A stretch of DNA of 51,854 nt from an uncultured delta proteobacterium (GTDB lineage: Bacteria; Myxococcota; Myxococcia; Myxococcales; Anaeromyxobacteraceae): NCBI GenBank assembly GCA_963828255.1, contig CAWHDZ010000013.1:1-51854 (forward strand), given 5' to 3'. The translations under genes were made by a program, and so were the position numbers. The notes beneath the pieces are model-generated. The model saw nothing but the letters and a program-made list of their open reading frames with translations. It was not told where the DNA came from and ran no database searches. Shown here one piece after another: positions 30,051 through 41,737 of the stretch (position 1 is its first letter; each line of letters opens with the position of its first letter).

Positions 30051-30575
30051 ATGGTCCGGCTCCCCCACCTCCTGGCAGCATTCCTGCTTCTCCTCGCCCT
30101 TCCCGGGACGGCGCGCGCGCGCTCCTGGCAGGGGATCACCCCGGGCCAGAGCACCCAGGCCGACGTGGTGGCCCGCTTCGGCGAGCCCTCGACCAAGGGC
30201 AAGCTGGAGGGGCGCACGGCGCTCGTCTACAAGGCGGAGCAGGCCATCGTGGGCACCCGCCAGGCCCAGTTCCTGGTCTCCGACGACGGGAAGGTGGCCG
30301 AGATCAACGTCTTCCCGGCATCCCAGCTGGAGAAGGAGGCGGTCCTCGGGACCTTCGGGAAGGATCCCCAGAAGACCTTCACCGACGACTTCCGCACCGT
30401 CTGGCTCTACCGCGCCATCGGCGTCGTGGTCTTCTTCGGGAAGGACGGCGCGGTGGAGGCCATCCGCTTCCAGGCCGCCGACAGGTCCCACCGCCCCGCA
30501 CCGGCCGCTGCGGAGGGCCCGGCCGCAGCCCCGGGAACGTCCCCGGCCGCTCCGGCCGCTCCGGCCGGGCGCTGA
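30051..30575 (+). CDS. Hypothetical secreted protein
   Basis: Signal peptide; WQGITPG.ST..DV...FGEP; Pro/Ala tail. Confidence 0.75.
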   Translation: MVRLPHLLAAFLLLLALPGTARARSWQGITPGQSTQADVVARFGEPSTKGKLEGRTALVYKAEQAIVGTRQAQFLVSDDGKVAEINVFPASQLEKEAVLGTFGKDPQKTFTDDFRTVWLYRAIGVVVFFGKDGAVEAIRFQAADRSHRPAPAAAEGPAAAPGTSPAAPAAPAGR

Positions 30576-30587
30576 CGGCACGCCTCC

Positions 30588-31223
30588 GTGCGCCTGGTCG
30601 GCCTCACCGGTGGCATCGCCAGCGGGAAGAGCTCGCTCGCCGCGGCGCTCCGCGACCTGGGGGCGCCGGTGATCGACGCCGACGCCATCGCCCGGGCCGC
30701 CGTCCGGCGGGGAACCCCGGCCCTCCGGGAGATCGCCCGCATCTTCGGCACGGGCGTGCTCGCCAAGGACGGCGAGCTCGACCGCAAGGCCATGGCGGCC
30801 ATCGTCTTCGGCGACCCGGCCGCACGCGCCCGGCTCGAGGCCATCGTGCACCCCGCGGTCCGGGCCGAGGTCGCCGCCGAGACGGCGCGCCTCGCCGCCG
30901 CCGGGCACGACCTGGCCTTCTACGACGTCCCCCTGCTCTTCGAGCGGGGGCTCGAGGGGGAAGTGGACTGCGCGGTGGTGGTGCACGCCCCGCCGGCGCT
31001 CCAGCTCTCCCGCCTCCGGTCCCGCGACGGGATGACCCAGGAGGAGGCGGAGGCCCGGCTCTCCGCCCAGCTCCCCATCGACGAGAAGGCCCGCCGCGCC
31101 GACGTGGTGGTCTCGAACGAGGGGGATCTGGCCTCGCTGCGCTCCCGGGCCGCCCCGCTGCTCGCCGCCCTGCGCTCGGGGCTCACCCGCCGCCTTCCCA
31201 ACGCGCCCCCGGCGCGCTATTGA
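30588..31223 (+). CDS. coaE: Dephospho-CoA kinase
   Basis: GLTGGIASGKS, IDAD, LDR, IVHPAV, VPLLFE. Confidence 0.95.
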   Translation: MRLVGLTGGIASGKSSLAAALRDLGAPVIDADAIARAAVRRGTPALREIARIFGTGVLAKDGELDRKAMAAIVFGDPAARARLEAIVHPAVRAEVAAETARLAAAGHDLAFYDVPLLFERGLEGEVDCAVVVHAPPALQLSRLRSRDGMTQEEAEARLSAQLPIDEKARRADVVVSNEGDLASLRSRAAPLLAALRSGLTRRLPNAPPARY

Positions 31224-31232
31224 CGGGGTCCG

Positions 31233-32378
31233 ATGCCCGACACGCCCGGCACCACCCTCTTCACCGGATACCCCGGCTTCATCGGGCGCCGCCTCGTCCA
31301 CCGCATGCTGGAGGAGGGGCGCGGAGGGCGGATGGTCCTCCTCGTGCAGCCCGACCAGGGCGCCACGGCCCGCGCCGAGGTGGCGCGCCACGCCCCGGCC
31401 AACGTCGAGGTCTGGGAGGGCGACGTCTCGGCCATGCACCTGGGGCTGTCGGGCGGGGAGTGGAAGTCGCTGCTCCGCGACGTCACCTGCATCTGGCACC
31501 TGGCGGCCGCCTCCCGCCTCGACTCGGCCAGCGATATTTCACGACGGGTGAATATCGAGGGGACGCGGAACGTCCTCGAGCTGGCCCGCGCGGCGCCCCG
31601 CCCGCCGCGGCTCCACCACTTCTCCTCCGCCTTCGTGGCCGGCGACCGCCGGGGCGTCATCATGGAGGACGAGCTCATGGTGGGGCAGCGCTTCCGCACC
31701 CCCTACGAGCAGAGCAAGGCCCGCGCCGAGGAGCTGGTGCGCCGGGCCATGGGGGACGTCCCCACCACCATCTACCGGCCGGCCATCGTGGTGGGGGACT
31801 CCCGCACCGGGGAGATCGACCGCTTCGAGGGCCCCTACTATCTGGCCATCCTGCTGGTCACCTCCCCGCTCGCGGTTCCCCTTCCCCTCCCCGGCGACGG
31901 CGGCGCGCCGCTCAACGTCGTCCCGGTGGACTTCCTGGTGGACGCCACCCTGGCCATCGGCCGGAACCGGGCCTCGGTGGGCAGGACCGTGCACCTGGTG
32001 GACCCGGCCCCGCATTCGGCCCGGCGCGTCTACGAGATGATCGCCGAGCGGGCCCACCGGCGCATACCGCGGGTCTCTCTCCCCCACAAGATGGTGGACG
32101 CCTTCCTGTCGCTGCCCGTCCTGGAGCGCTTCTCTCGCCAGCAGCGGGCGGCCATCGAGTCCGTGAACCAGCTGGCGTTCTACAACCCCCGCAACCTCCT
32201 CGAGCTCCTCGACGGGACCGGCGTGCGCTGCCCGCCCATCACCGCCTACCTCGACCGGCTCATCGCCTTCGTGCGCGAGCACTTCGAGAAGCGGCAGGCG
32301 GTGGCCCGGGAGGCCGACGACGACCCCCTGGCGCCGCCCGAGCCGTCCCCGCCCGAGGACGGGGAGGAGTCCCGATGA
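31233..32378 (+). CDS. Extended SDR / thioester-reductase-like oxidoreductase
   Basis: TGYPGFIG, HLAA, VNIEGT, YEQSK, YRPAIVVGDS, VPVD. Confidence 0.85.
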   Translation: MPDTPGTTLFTGYPGFIGRRLVHRMLEEGRGGRMVLLVQPDQGATARAEVARHAPANVEVWEGDVSAMHLGLSGGEWKSLLRDVTCIWHLAAASRLDSASDISRRVNIEGTRNVLELARAAPRPPRLHHFSSAFVAGDRRGVIMEDELMVGQRFRTPYEQSKARAEELVRRAMGDVPTTIYRPAIVVGDSRTGEIDRFEGPYYLAILLVTSPLAVPLPLPGDGGAPLNVVPVDFLVDATLAIGRNRASVGRTVHLVDPAPHSARRVYEMIAERAHRRIPRVSLPHKMVDAFLSLPVLERFSRQQRAAIESVNQLAFYNPRNLLELLDGTGVRCPPITAYLDRLIAFVREHFEKRQAVAREADDDPLAPPEPSPPEDGEESR

Positions 32379-32782
32379 AGCAGGCGACCGACTTCCGGGT
32401 GGGGGATTCGTTCCAGCTGGTGCGGGAGGCCGACCGCTACCGGCCCATCTACTACGGGGCGGTGTCGGGCGACTTCAACCCCATCCACATCGACCGGGAG
32501 GTGGGGCGGGCAGCCGGCTTCCCCGACGCCATCCTCCAGGGGATGTGCACCATGGCCTGGCTGGCCGACGCCTGCACCTCCTACCTGGGCGACCCGGCGC
32601 GGGTCCGGAAGCTGCGGGTGCGCTTCTCCCGGCCGGTGGTGGTGGGCGACGTGGTCACCTTCCGCGGCCGCTGCGTGGCCGTCGAGGGGCCGGTGATCCG
32701 CCTCCAGGTGGAGGCCCGGAACCAGCGCGGCGAGGAGGTCCTCAAGGGCGCCTCGGCCGAGGGCTGGGTGGAGGACCGCTGA
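32375..32782 (+). CDS. MaoC-like dehydratase (catalytic subunit)
   Basis: SGDFNPIH hydratase motif, ILQGM, RFSRPV. Confidence 0.9.
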   Translation: MKQATDFRVGDSFQLVREADRYRPIYYGAVSGDFNPIHIDREVGRAAGFPDAILQGMCTMAWLADACTSYLGDPARVRKLRVRFSRPVVVGDVVTFRGRCVAVEGPVIRLQVEARNQRGEEVLKGASAEGWVEDR

Positions 32783-33258
32783 TGCCCATCGACCCGCGTC
32801 ACGTGGGGCGCCGCTACGGCCCCTTCCGCAACACGATCTGCGCCGAGCACATCCGCGCCTTCACCACCGCCGTCTCCGGCGGGGTCCCTGGCTACTCCTG
32901 GACCGCCCCGGGCGACCCGGCCCCGCGAAACGTGGACGAGGAGGCGGCGGCGGGCCGCTCGTCCGACGGCGCGCTGGTGGCCCCGCCCACCTTCGGCGTC
33001 ACCTTCGCCATGAAGCCCTTCGCGATGGCCTGCGCCGACCCGGAGCTGGGGCTCGACCTGCTCCGGCTCCTTCACGCCGAGCAGGAGTTCGAGCACGGCG
33101 CGCCGGTGCGCCCCGGCGACGAGCTCACCACGGTGGGCGAGATCGCGGAGATCCGGAGCCGCGGCTCGCTCGACTTCCTGACCGTGCGGAGCGAGACCAC
33201 CAACGCGGCTGGGGAGCGGGTGCTGGTGGCCCGATGGTCCGCCGTCGTCCGCGGCTGA
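32782..33258 (+). CDS. MaoC N-terminal / FAS1-like dehydratase partner
   Basis: VAPPTF, LLHAEQEF, PVRPGD; TGATG coupling. Confidence 0.85.
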   Translation: MPIDPRHVGRRYGPFRNTICAEHIRAFTTAVSGGVPGYSWTAPGDPAPRNVDEEAAAGRSSDGALVAPPTFGVTFAMKPFAMACADPELGLDLLRLLHAEQEFEHGAPVRPGDELTTVGEIAEIRSRGSLDFLTVRSETTNAAGERVLVARWSAVVRG

Positions 33259-33264
33259 GGCGCT

Positions 33265-33986
33265 CTAGCGGATCACGCCCTCGGCGATCAGCGAGGCCAG
33301 GATGCGGGCCGTGTCCAGGCGGGGCAGGCCGGAGAGCGCGAAGAGATCGTCGTAGCTGACCGTCCCGTCGATCTGGGCGAGGAGGAACCCGGCCCGGTGA
33401 TCGAGGTTCAGCCACATGACCTCCTCGGCGTGGATGGCCAGGCGGGGCCGGGTGCCCAGGGAGCCCAGCTTGGACTCGTACATGGCGACCAGGGTGGACT
33501 CGTTCTGGCGGAGGTAGGCCCGGGCCTCGGCGTGGGTGGGATCGAGGCGCAGGATGCGCTCGATCATCTCCAGCGACCCGCTGAAGTCGCCCAGCGCGAA
33601 GAGCTCCCGGGCTCCCTCCATCCAGGTGGCCACGTCGCCGGGGGGTGGCGGGCGGGAGGGCGCCCGCTGGTCGGCGACCAGCGGCCGGATGTCCGACTTC
33701 TCGTCCACCGCCCCCAGGTCGATCCCGGATCCCTCGTCCACCACCACCACGGTGGCGGCCGTGGAAGGACCGGCGTCCCAAGGCGACGGCGCGAAGGGGG
33801 GCGGCGGCGGCGCGGCCGGCGCGGGCCGGGCCGGCTGCTCGCCCCGGATCTGGCGAAGGTAGGCGCGCACCCGCTCGTTCTGCGGGTCGATCTCGAGCGC
33901 CTGGAGCCAGTTGCGCTCGGCCTCGGCCGAGTCACCCCGGGTGTAGGCCTTCACTCCCTGGTCGAGCAGCTCCGCGACGGTGGCCA

Positions 33987-33987
<1 letters not shown>
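33265..33987 (-). CDS. TPR-containing protein
   Basis: TPR-like helices (ALEIDPQN, ILRLDPTH); C-terminal LDHRAGFLLAQIDG. Confidence 0.75.
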
Positions 33988-35854
<1,867 letters not shown>

Positions 35855-35858
<4 letters not shown>

Positions 35859-36820
35859 CTCAGGAAGCTCCAGCGCATCTTGCGGAGGCGATCCCGCGCC
35901 CCGGTGAGTCCGTCGTCCAGCTCCAGGGCGCGCTCCAGCGAGCGCTTGGCCGCGCCGTTGTCCCCCTGGATGGCGAGGACCTCGCCGAGGACCTCGTGGG
36001 CGGTGGCCAGGGTGGGCGCTGCGCGCACGGCGGCCTCGGCGCGCTGGCGGGCCGTCTCCAGGGCGCCCCGCTCGAGGGCGATGCGGGCCACGTAGACCAC
36101 GTAGCGCGGCTCGCCGGGCTCGGCGTCGGCGGCGGCCTCGGCGAGGAGCTGGGCGCGCTCCAGCTCGTGCGTGAGCTCGAAGGCCCGGGCCTTCTCCCAG
36201 AGCTCACGGGCCTTGCCGGAGGAGGCCTTGCGCCGGGCCTGCTCGGCCAGGGCCTTGGCCTCGGTGGCGGCGGGATCGAGCGCGGCGGCGGTGAGGAAAT
36301 CGCGGGCCGCGTCGGCGAAGCGGTCCTCGGCCATGGCCCGGCGGCCCCGGTCGAGGAGCTCGCGGACCCGGGCCACCCGGGAGACCATGGGGTTGTTCCG
36401 CACCAGGCGGGCGCGCCGCTCCTGGGAACGGGCGTCGTTCTCGATCTGGCGGGCCGCAACCCGGGCGACCTCCTCGGGCGGGGCCGTGCGCCTGGCGTAG
36501 GGCGCGCGGGTGGCGTCGGCGGCGAGGACGTCCCGCGCCTCGGTGAGACGCCGGAAGATGCGCTCCAGCCGGCCGCGGAAGGAGCCCAGGCGGCGCCCGG
36601 GATAGCGGTCGGGGTGGAAGACCTTTGCATTCTCGCGGTAGGCGTCCCGGACGGCCTCCACGGGGGCGTTCCAGGGGACGCCGAGAACCTGCCAGTGGGT
36701 CCAGCCGTCCATCGAGGCCACCAGGTAGAGGATCTCGCGCCTGCGTTCGACGTCGATGTCGACGTCCTCGGACAAATCGGCGGGATTGAAGAGGAATCCG
36801 TGGTACCGGTCGGCCTTCAC
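35855..36820 (-). CDS. J-domain plus TPR protein
   Basis: HWQVLGV...FHPDRY (HPD motif), TPR-like C-terminus; ATGA overlap with the Hsp70 gene. Confidence 0.85.
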
Positions 36821-36906
36821 GCCGCCCTCCCCGGGATTGGTCCCGGCGGTCACCCAATTTCCCAAATGTAGCCTTCGGGCATCTCGTGGGTCAACGCCAG
36901 GGCCGG

Positions 36907-37836
36907 TCACGGAGGCGCGAGGAGGAACTCGAGGAGTGCCTTCTGGGCGTGGAGCCGGTTCTCTGCCTCGTCGAAGACGGCGGACTGGGGCCCTTCCAGC
37001 ACCTCCTCCTCGATCTCCTCCCCCCGATGGGCGGGGAGGCAGTGGAGGACGATGGCGGCCGGATCGGCGAGCGCCATCCCCTTGCGATCGACGATGTAGT
37101 CGCGGAACGCCCTCCGGCGCTCCTCGACCTCGGCCTCCTGCCCCATGCTGGCCCAGACGTCGGTGTTCACGACGTGTGCACCCCGCATGGCCTCGGCGGG
37201 GCTCGCCGCGACGCGCACCTTGCCCCCGGCGCGCCGCAGGAGCTCGGGGTCGGGGCCGTAGCCCGGCGGGCAGGCCACGCGCAGCTCGAACCCGAGGAGG
37301 ATGGCGGCCTCGAGCCAGCTGTTGGCCATGTTGTTGCCGTCGCCCACCCAGGCCACCACGAGCTCGCCGCGCGAGACCCGGTCCTGCCCCAGGCGCTCGG
37401 CGACGGTCATGAGATCGGCCAGCACCTGGCAGGGGTGGGAGGCGTCGGTGAGGGCGTTCACCACCGGGACGGTGGCCCAGCGGGCCATGTCCTCCAGCTT
37501 GGCGTGCGCGAAGGTCCTCACCACCAGCGCGTCGAGGTAGCGGGAGAGCACGCGGGCGGTGTCGCGGATGGGCTCCCCGCGGCCGAGCTGCATGTCGCGC
37601 GGGGAGAGCATCATCTCCGAGGCGCCCAGCTGGGAGCAGGCCACCGCGAAGGAGACCCGGGTGCGGGTGGAGGCCTTCTCGAAGACCAGCCCCACCGCCC
37701 GGCCGGCCAGCGGGTGCGGCCCCCGCTTCCCGATGAGCTTCCACTCGGCGGCGCGCTCCAGCAGGTCGAGGAGCTCGGCCCGGGAGAGGTCGGTCAGGCG
37801 AAGCAGGTCGCGCTTGGTCGCCGCAGGGGCGGTCAT
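36907..37836 (-). CDS. argF: Ornithine carbamoyltransferase
   Basis: STRTR, HPCQ, GDGNN, TDVWASMG, HCLP, EAENR. Confidence 0.96.
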   Translation of the reverse strand: MTAPAATKRDLLRLTDLSRAELLDLLERAAEWKLIGKRGPHPLAGRAVGLVFEKASTRTRVSFAVACSQLGASEMMLSPRDMQLGRGEPIRDTARVLSRYLDALVVRTFAHAKLEDMARWATVPVVNALTDASHPCQVLADLMTVAERLGQDRVSRGELVVAWVGDGNNMANSWLEAAILLGFELRVACPPGYGPDPELLRRAGGKVRVAASPAEAMRGAHVVNTDVWASMGQEAEVEERRRAFRDYIVDRKGMALADPAAIVLHCLPAHRGEEIEEEVLEGPQSAVFDEAENRLHAQKALLEFLLAPP

Positions 37837-37990
37837 GCAACCGCCGGCGCGGCGGAGATGGCGGAGGCGAGCAGGGCCACGCCCTGGTCGGCCTCGGCCC
37901 CGGTGAGGATCAGGGCCGGGGCCAGCCGGATGACGTCGTCGCCGATGGCGTTCACCAGCAGTCCACGCTCCCGGGCCGCCAGCACGGAGC
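37833..37990 (-). pseudogene. argD: 3' fragment of acetylornithine aminotransferase
   Basis: VLAARERGLLVNAIGDDVIRLAPALIL class-III aminotransferase C-terminus, ATGA-coupled to argF; no N-terminal part in the window. Confidence 0.85.
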
Positions 37991-38626
37991 GATCGTGGAG
38001 CATCTCCTCGTCGAACCCCGAGTGCCCGAACCGCCCGGCGGCGATCACTTGTACGCGGAGCCCCTTCGGCGGCCCGGCCCACGCGACGGGGAAGGTGCCT
38101 TCGAAAAGGAAGGGGCTGTCGCACTTCGCGCTCCCGCGCAGCAGCCCCGCGGGCAGCAAGTAGATGCGAAGCCCGCGCCCCCTGTAGCTGAGCGAATCCT
38201 CGAACTCGACGACCCGGGCCTCGAGCTCGGACTCGCACGGGAACGTCGCCCGGCCGCGCACCCGGATCGCATCCCCACTCGGCGCGCCCTCGGGCAGGAA
38301 CGTGACCTCGACGGCCGGCTCGGCGGTGTTGCCCTGCATCTCGCGGAAGGCAATCGGCACGCGCGGCGCGTTCAGGGCCTGCGCCTGCGAAAAGCGGGGG
38401 TCGGTCGGACAGACGGGCTGCATGGAGCCATCGGGCATCGGCAGGGGGAGCCACGCGCTCCCGTCAAGGCACTCCCCCGGCGAGGGCGCTCCATCCGATT
38501 GCGGTTCTCCCAGAGCACCGGCCAAAGCACGGACGGGAACGGCTTCTCCCGCGTGCGCCGGAGCACGAGCGGGGAGCCGAGGACGCCCGCCGGGAAGACG
38601 GACAGCATCGAGAGGGGGGCGGTCAT
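37990..38626 (-). CDS. Viral hypothetical beta-rich protein, frameshifted at ~38474-38478 and running in frame into the argD tail
   Basis: MTAPLSMLS... switches frame to ECLDGSAWLPLPMPDG...; TGATG coupling. Confidence 0.5.
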
Positions 38627-38807
38627 CAGAGCACCTCGAAGCCGGAGGTAGGGGTGAGCTCGCGCACCATGGAGAGGTCGAGCTCCTCCTCTCGGACCGC
38701 TGCGCGAGGCCGCGAGAGGCCTCGGCGAGGAGCGCGCGCCGATTGGCGCGTTCGTCCGCCCCGCGCACCCAGGCCTGTCGCCGCAGTCGTTCGAGGGAGA
38801 GCTTCAC
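38626..38807 (-). CDS. Small hypothetical protein, frameshifted at ~38690
   Basis: VKLSLERLRRQAW... then EELDLSMVRELTPTSGFEVL*. Confidence 0.45.
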
Positions 38808-38809
38808 GG

Positions 38810-39983
38810 TCAGCCCCCCGCAGCCGTGACGAACAGCACCTTCGGAACGCTCGGATCGGTGGCGAGCACCTCGAGCAAGTACGCGGCGGCCTCGCCCGCA
38901 GCCTCGGCGCTGGTGCCCTTGGTGAGCATGCGCGTCGCTGCGGCCGTCGCCGTCAGATCCTGGCGGAGGGGAGGATCTCTCCCGGCACGGGGATGAGCCC
39001 GACACCCGGCTTGAGGAGGAGCGCGTCGGCTGGACTGAGGTTCCGGAGGTCGCCACCCCCCGAGACCTGATTGAAGATCGGCACGACCGCGCTCTGGATC
39101 GTCGTCGGGAGCTCGGCGAGGAACGGGAGCAGGTCGAGCCCGCGCGGTCCCACAATCGCCGCCGCCGCCGCTTCCTTCGCGGCCTTGTCGAGCGCGTCAC
39201 GCACCCGCCCGGCCTTCTGTCGGAGCAGCGTGGCGAAGCGCCCGAGCGAGATCTTGGCCGCGTCGGAGAGGCCGCCGAGCTTGCCGGTCGCGTCGAGCGT
39301 GTCGGCGAGAGAGTCGACGGCCGCCGGGTCGAGCTTCGAAATCGGGGGTCTCGAACACGGTCGCGACCGCCGCCTCCACCTCGTCGGGGAGGTCGGCGAG
39401 CGTGCCGGCCACCGCGGGCATGCTGCTTCCCGAACATGCCGGGGATCGCGCTCACGGCGCTCCCGAACGGGCTCGTGCGGCGAAGGGCGCTCGACGGGGT
39501 CTTGGTGGGCGCGAGGTCGCGCGCACCGCCGACAGGGCTCTCGGTTCCACCCGGCATGCGCGGACCCAGGATGGCGTCGACCGCGCCTCCGGCGCCCGAC
39601 GTGAGCCCGAGGATGCGGAGCGTGAGCACGCGGCCCTTGGCCGGCCACTCCGCCATGCCCGAGTGGTCTTCGGCGACCTGCGCATCCCAGAGCTCCGCCT
39701 TGGTCGCGTCCCCCGCCTGGAGGCGCTTCTGGAGGACGACCTTGGCGGGACCGAGGAACGTCTCCGTGCCGCCGGCCGACACAGGGGTGCCGGCGTTGCC
39801 GTAGAGGTTCGCGATCACCGCATCGCCGGGCTTCGGCGCGGATGCCGTTGCCGGCCAAGCCATCTCGACCCGGAAGCGCATGCCTCCGACCGGCTGTCCG
39901 CCTGCCGGAGCCGCGGGGGCCTTCTTGCTGGTGAGGGCGACGAAACCGAGGGCCGCGAGCGCGACGAAGATCAGAGGGTTCAC
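38810..39983 (-). CDS. N-terminally membrane-anchored protein (~390 aa after correcting 3 frameshifts)
   Basis: VNPLIFVALAALGFVALTSKK anchor; contains the LPDEV..AV...LDP..VDSLADTLD module. Confidence 0.6.
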
Positions 39984-40456
39984 GGCGTGCTGTCTCCGGT
40001 GAGGGTCTGGATGCGGATCCACCGCGAGAGGAGCTTGTCGCCCGCGGCGGTGTAGCCGGCCTTGTAGGCCGCGGTGCTCGCGCCGTAGACGAGGTCGGGG
40101 TTGCTCGAGGAGAGGCCTTCGAGCACGAGCGAGCGGAGGTCGGGATCGGTGATGTTGTCGACGTCGGTGTTCGGCGGCGCGCTCGGGAGGCCGTACTCCT
40201 CTTTGCCGATCTGGTGCGAGACCTGCTCGGCCCACGTCTTGGTGGGGTCGTACGTGCCGGGCACGGTGGGGCTCGCGATCGGGGTCGTGCCTCCCGCGCT
40301 CGATCCCGGCATACCCGTGGGCGTCGGCTTCGTCGACGCGGGCGGGAGCGCCTTCGGGGGCGCGGCGGTCGGGTAGGGCGCAGGCGTCGCGGCGCTCGAC
40401 CGCCGTGTGGCGAGCGCGAACACCGCGACGGCGGCGAAGAGGAGGAAGAAGGGCAC
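39980..40456 (-). CDS. N-terminally membrane-anchored Pro/Thr-rich protein
   Basis: MPFFLLFAAVAVFALATRR anchor, P/T linker, helical module. Confidence 0.7.
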   Translation of the reverse strand: MPFFLLFAAVAVFALATRRSSAATPAPYPTAAPPKALPPASTKPTPTGMPGSSAGGTTPIASPTVPGTYDPTKTWAEQVSHQIGKEEYGLPSAPPNTDVDNITDPDLRSLVLEGLSSSNPDLVYGASTAAYKAGYTAAGDKLLSRWIRIQTLTGDSTP

Positions 40457-40459
40457 GGG

Positions 40460-41251
40460 CTACATGCCTCCGGTCGGGAAGCTGGTCGTCGGCGTGCCGC
40501 CGGGGAAGCCGCTCGGGAAGCCTCCGGGGAAGCCGACCGGGAAGCCGTCGGGGCCGAGGACCGGGGTCGCCTTCGCGGCCTTGACGACGCGCACCTCGGC
40601 GGCGGCCTTGGTCTGGCAGGCGTCGTCGAGCGTGACGGCGAGATCCTCGAGCTGCTGGGCGGTCGAAGCCGGGTTGAGCACGGCGGCCGAGACCACGGTG
40701 CGGAGGTCGCCCGGGAGGTTCTCGATGCCGCTGTCCGGGTAGGGCTGACCGGTCGTCGGATCAATCGGGCAGGGAATCCCCTTGGGATTCACCTTGACGC
40801 CGGGGAGGCTCGGGAAGCCGGGCACGGTGCTCGGGACCGCGGTCGGGACCGGGAGCGTGGTCGGCGTTCCGTAGCCGGTGGGGCTCGGCACGCCCTTGAT
40901 GAGCGCGATCTTCTCGCGGAGCACCGCGGCGCTCTTCTTCTGGCACACCTTCTCGAGGCCGATCGCGACCGCCTCGATCTTGCTCGGATCGCTCTCGACC
41001 GTGAGCGCGTTGGCGTAGGCGGCCTGGAGGCTCGTCGGCAAGCCGCCCGGGCCGCTGTCGACGACGGAGGCGCACGGATCGGTGCTCAGCGGGTTCGGCA
41101 TGCCCACCGGCCCGGGCTTCGGGCTCGGCGGCGGCGTCGGGTTGGGGGTCGGTCCCGCGAGCCCCGGCTTGGCCGCAGCCGGAGTGTTCTTGGTCGCGAT
41201 GACGGCGAAGCCAGCGACCGCTGCGGCGAGGAGAAGGAGGGGAGACGGCAT
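40460..41251 (-). CDS. N-terminally membrane-anchored Pro-rich protein with two repeated helical modules
   Basis: MPSPLLLLAAAVAGFAVIATK anchor; two C...DSG...LP...CQ.K modules; GFPx tail. Confidence 0.75.
   Translation of the reverse strand: MPSPLLLLAAAVAGFAVIATKNTPAAAKPGLAGPTPNPTPPPSPKPGPVGMPNPLSTDPCASVVDSGPGGLPTSLQAAYANALTVESDPSKIEAVAIGLEKVCQKKSAAVLREKIALIKGVPSPTGYGTPTTLPVPTAVPSTVPGFPSLPGVKVNPKGIPCPIDPTTGQPYPDSGIENLPGDLRTVVSAAVLNPASTAQQLEDLAVTLDDACQTKAAAEVRVVKAAKATPVLGPDGFPVGFPGGFPSGFPGGTPTTSFPTGGM
40501..40549 (-). repeat. 12-nt period repeat encoding (GFPx)4
   Basis: GGGAAGCC recurs every 12 nt; peptide DGFPVGFPGGFPSGFPGG. Confidence 0.8.
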
Positions 41252-41310
41252 GGGAGGGGACCTCGAAGGGGATGCTACCGGGAGTCGAAGCGGCTGTGTC
41301 GTCGGTCGGA

Positions 41311-41716
41311 TCAGAAACGGATGAGGGCGAAGGCCGACCGACCACCAGGGAGCGTCGCGCGGAAACCGCCGACGAACTCCTCGGTCCCATCGGCCTGCTT
41401 GACGACCTCGGAGTACGGGATCCAGTTGTCGGGGTTGCTCTGCGCGATGGCGAGCTTCTCCGTGGCCGAGAGAATCCTTGACGACACCCCCGGCCTCGTC
41501 GACCGAGAAGGCGATCTCGTGCAGCGGGTAGAAGGCCTTGTCGCTCTCGAGCTGCACGAACGCGACCTGGGCTCCGGGACTCTTGTAGGGGAGCACGATG
41601 GCGCCCTGCGCGCCGTCCTTGTCCATGAGGCCGACCGCGGTCTGCTGACCGGGGATCGAGTCGTAGAAGGCGATGCGCTGTTCACCGGTCGACGACGTGA
41701 GGAGCTTGGTGTCCAT
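41311..41716 (-). CDS. Small soluble beta-rich viral protein, frameshifted at ~41480-41491
   Basis: MDTKLLTS...FSVDEAG then RILSATEKL...AFALIRF*. Confidence 0.55.
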
Positions 41717-41737
41717 GATGATGCGTTCTCCGAGCGG

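Noticed and set aside
37833..40235. Single 800-aa ORF from the ORF track
   Set aside because: A patchwork of several frameshifted viral genes and the argD tail
40460..41716. Single 418-aa ORF from the ORF track
   Set aside because: Better explained as two genes (41716-41311 frameshifted, and 41251-40460) joined by an indel
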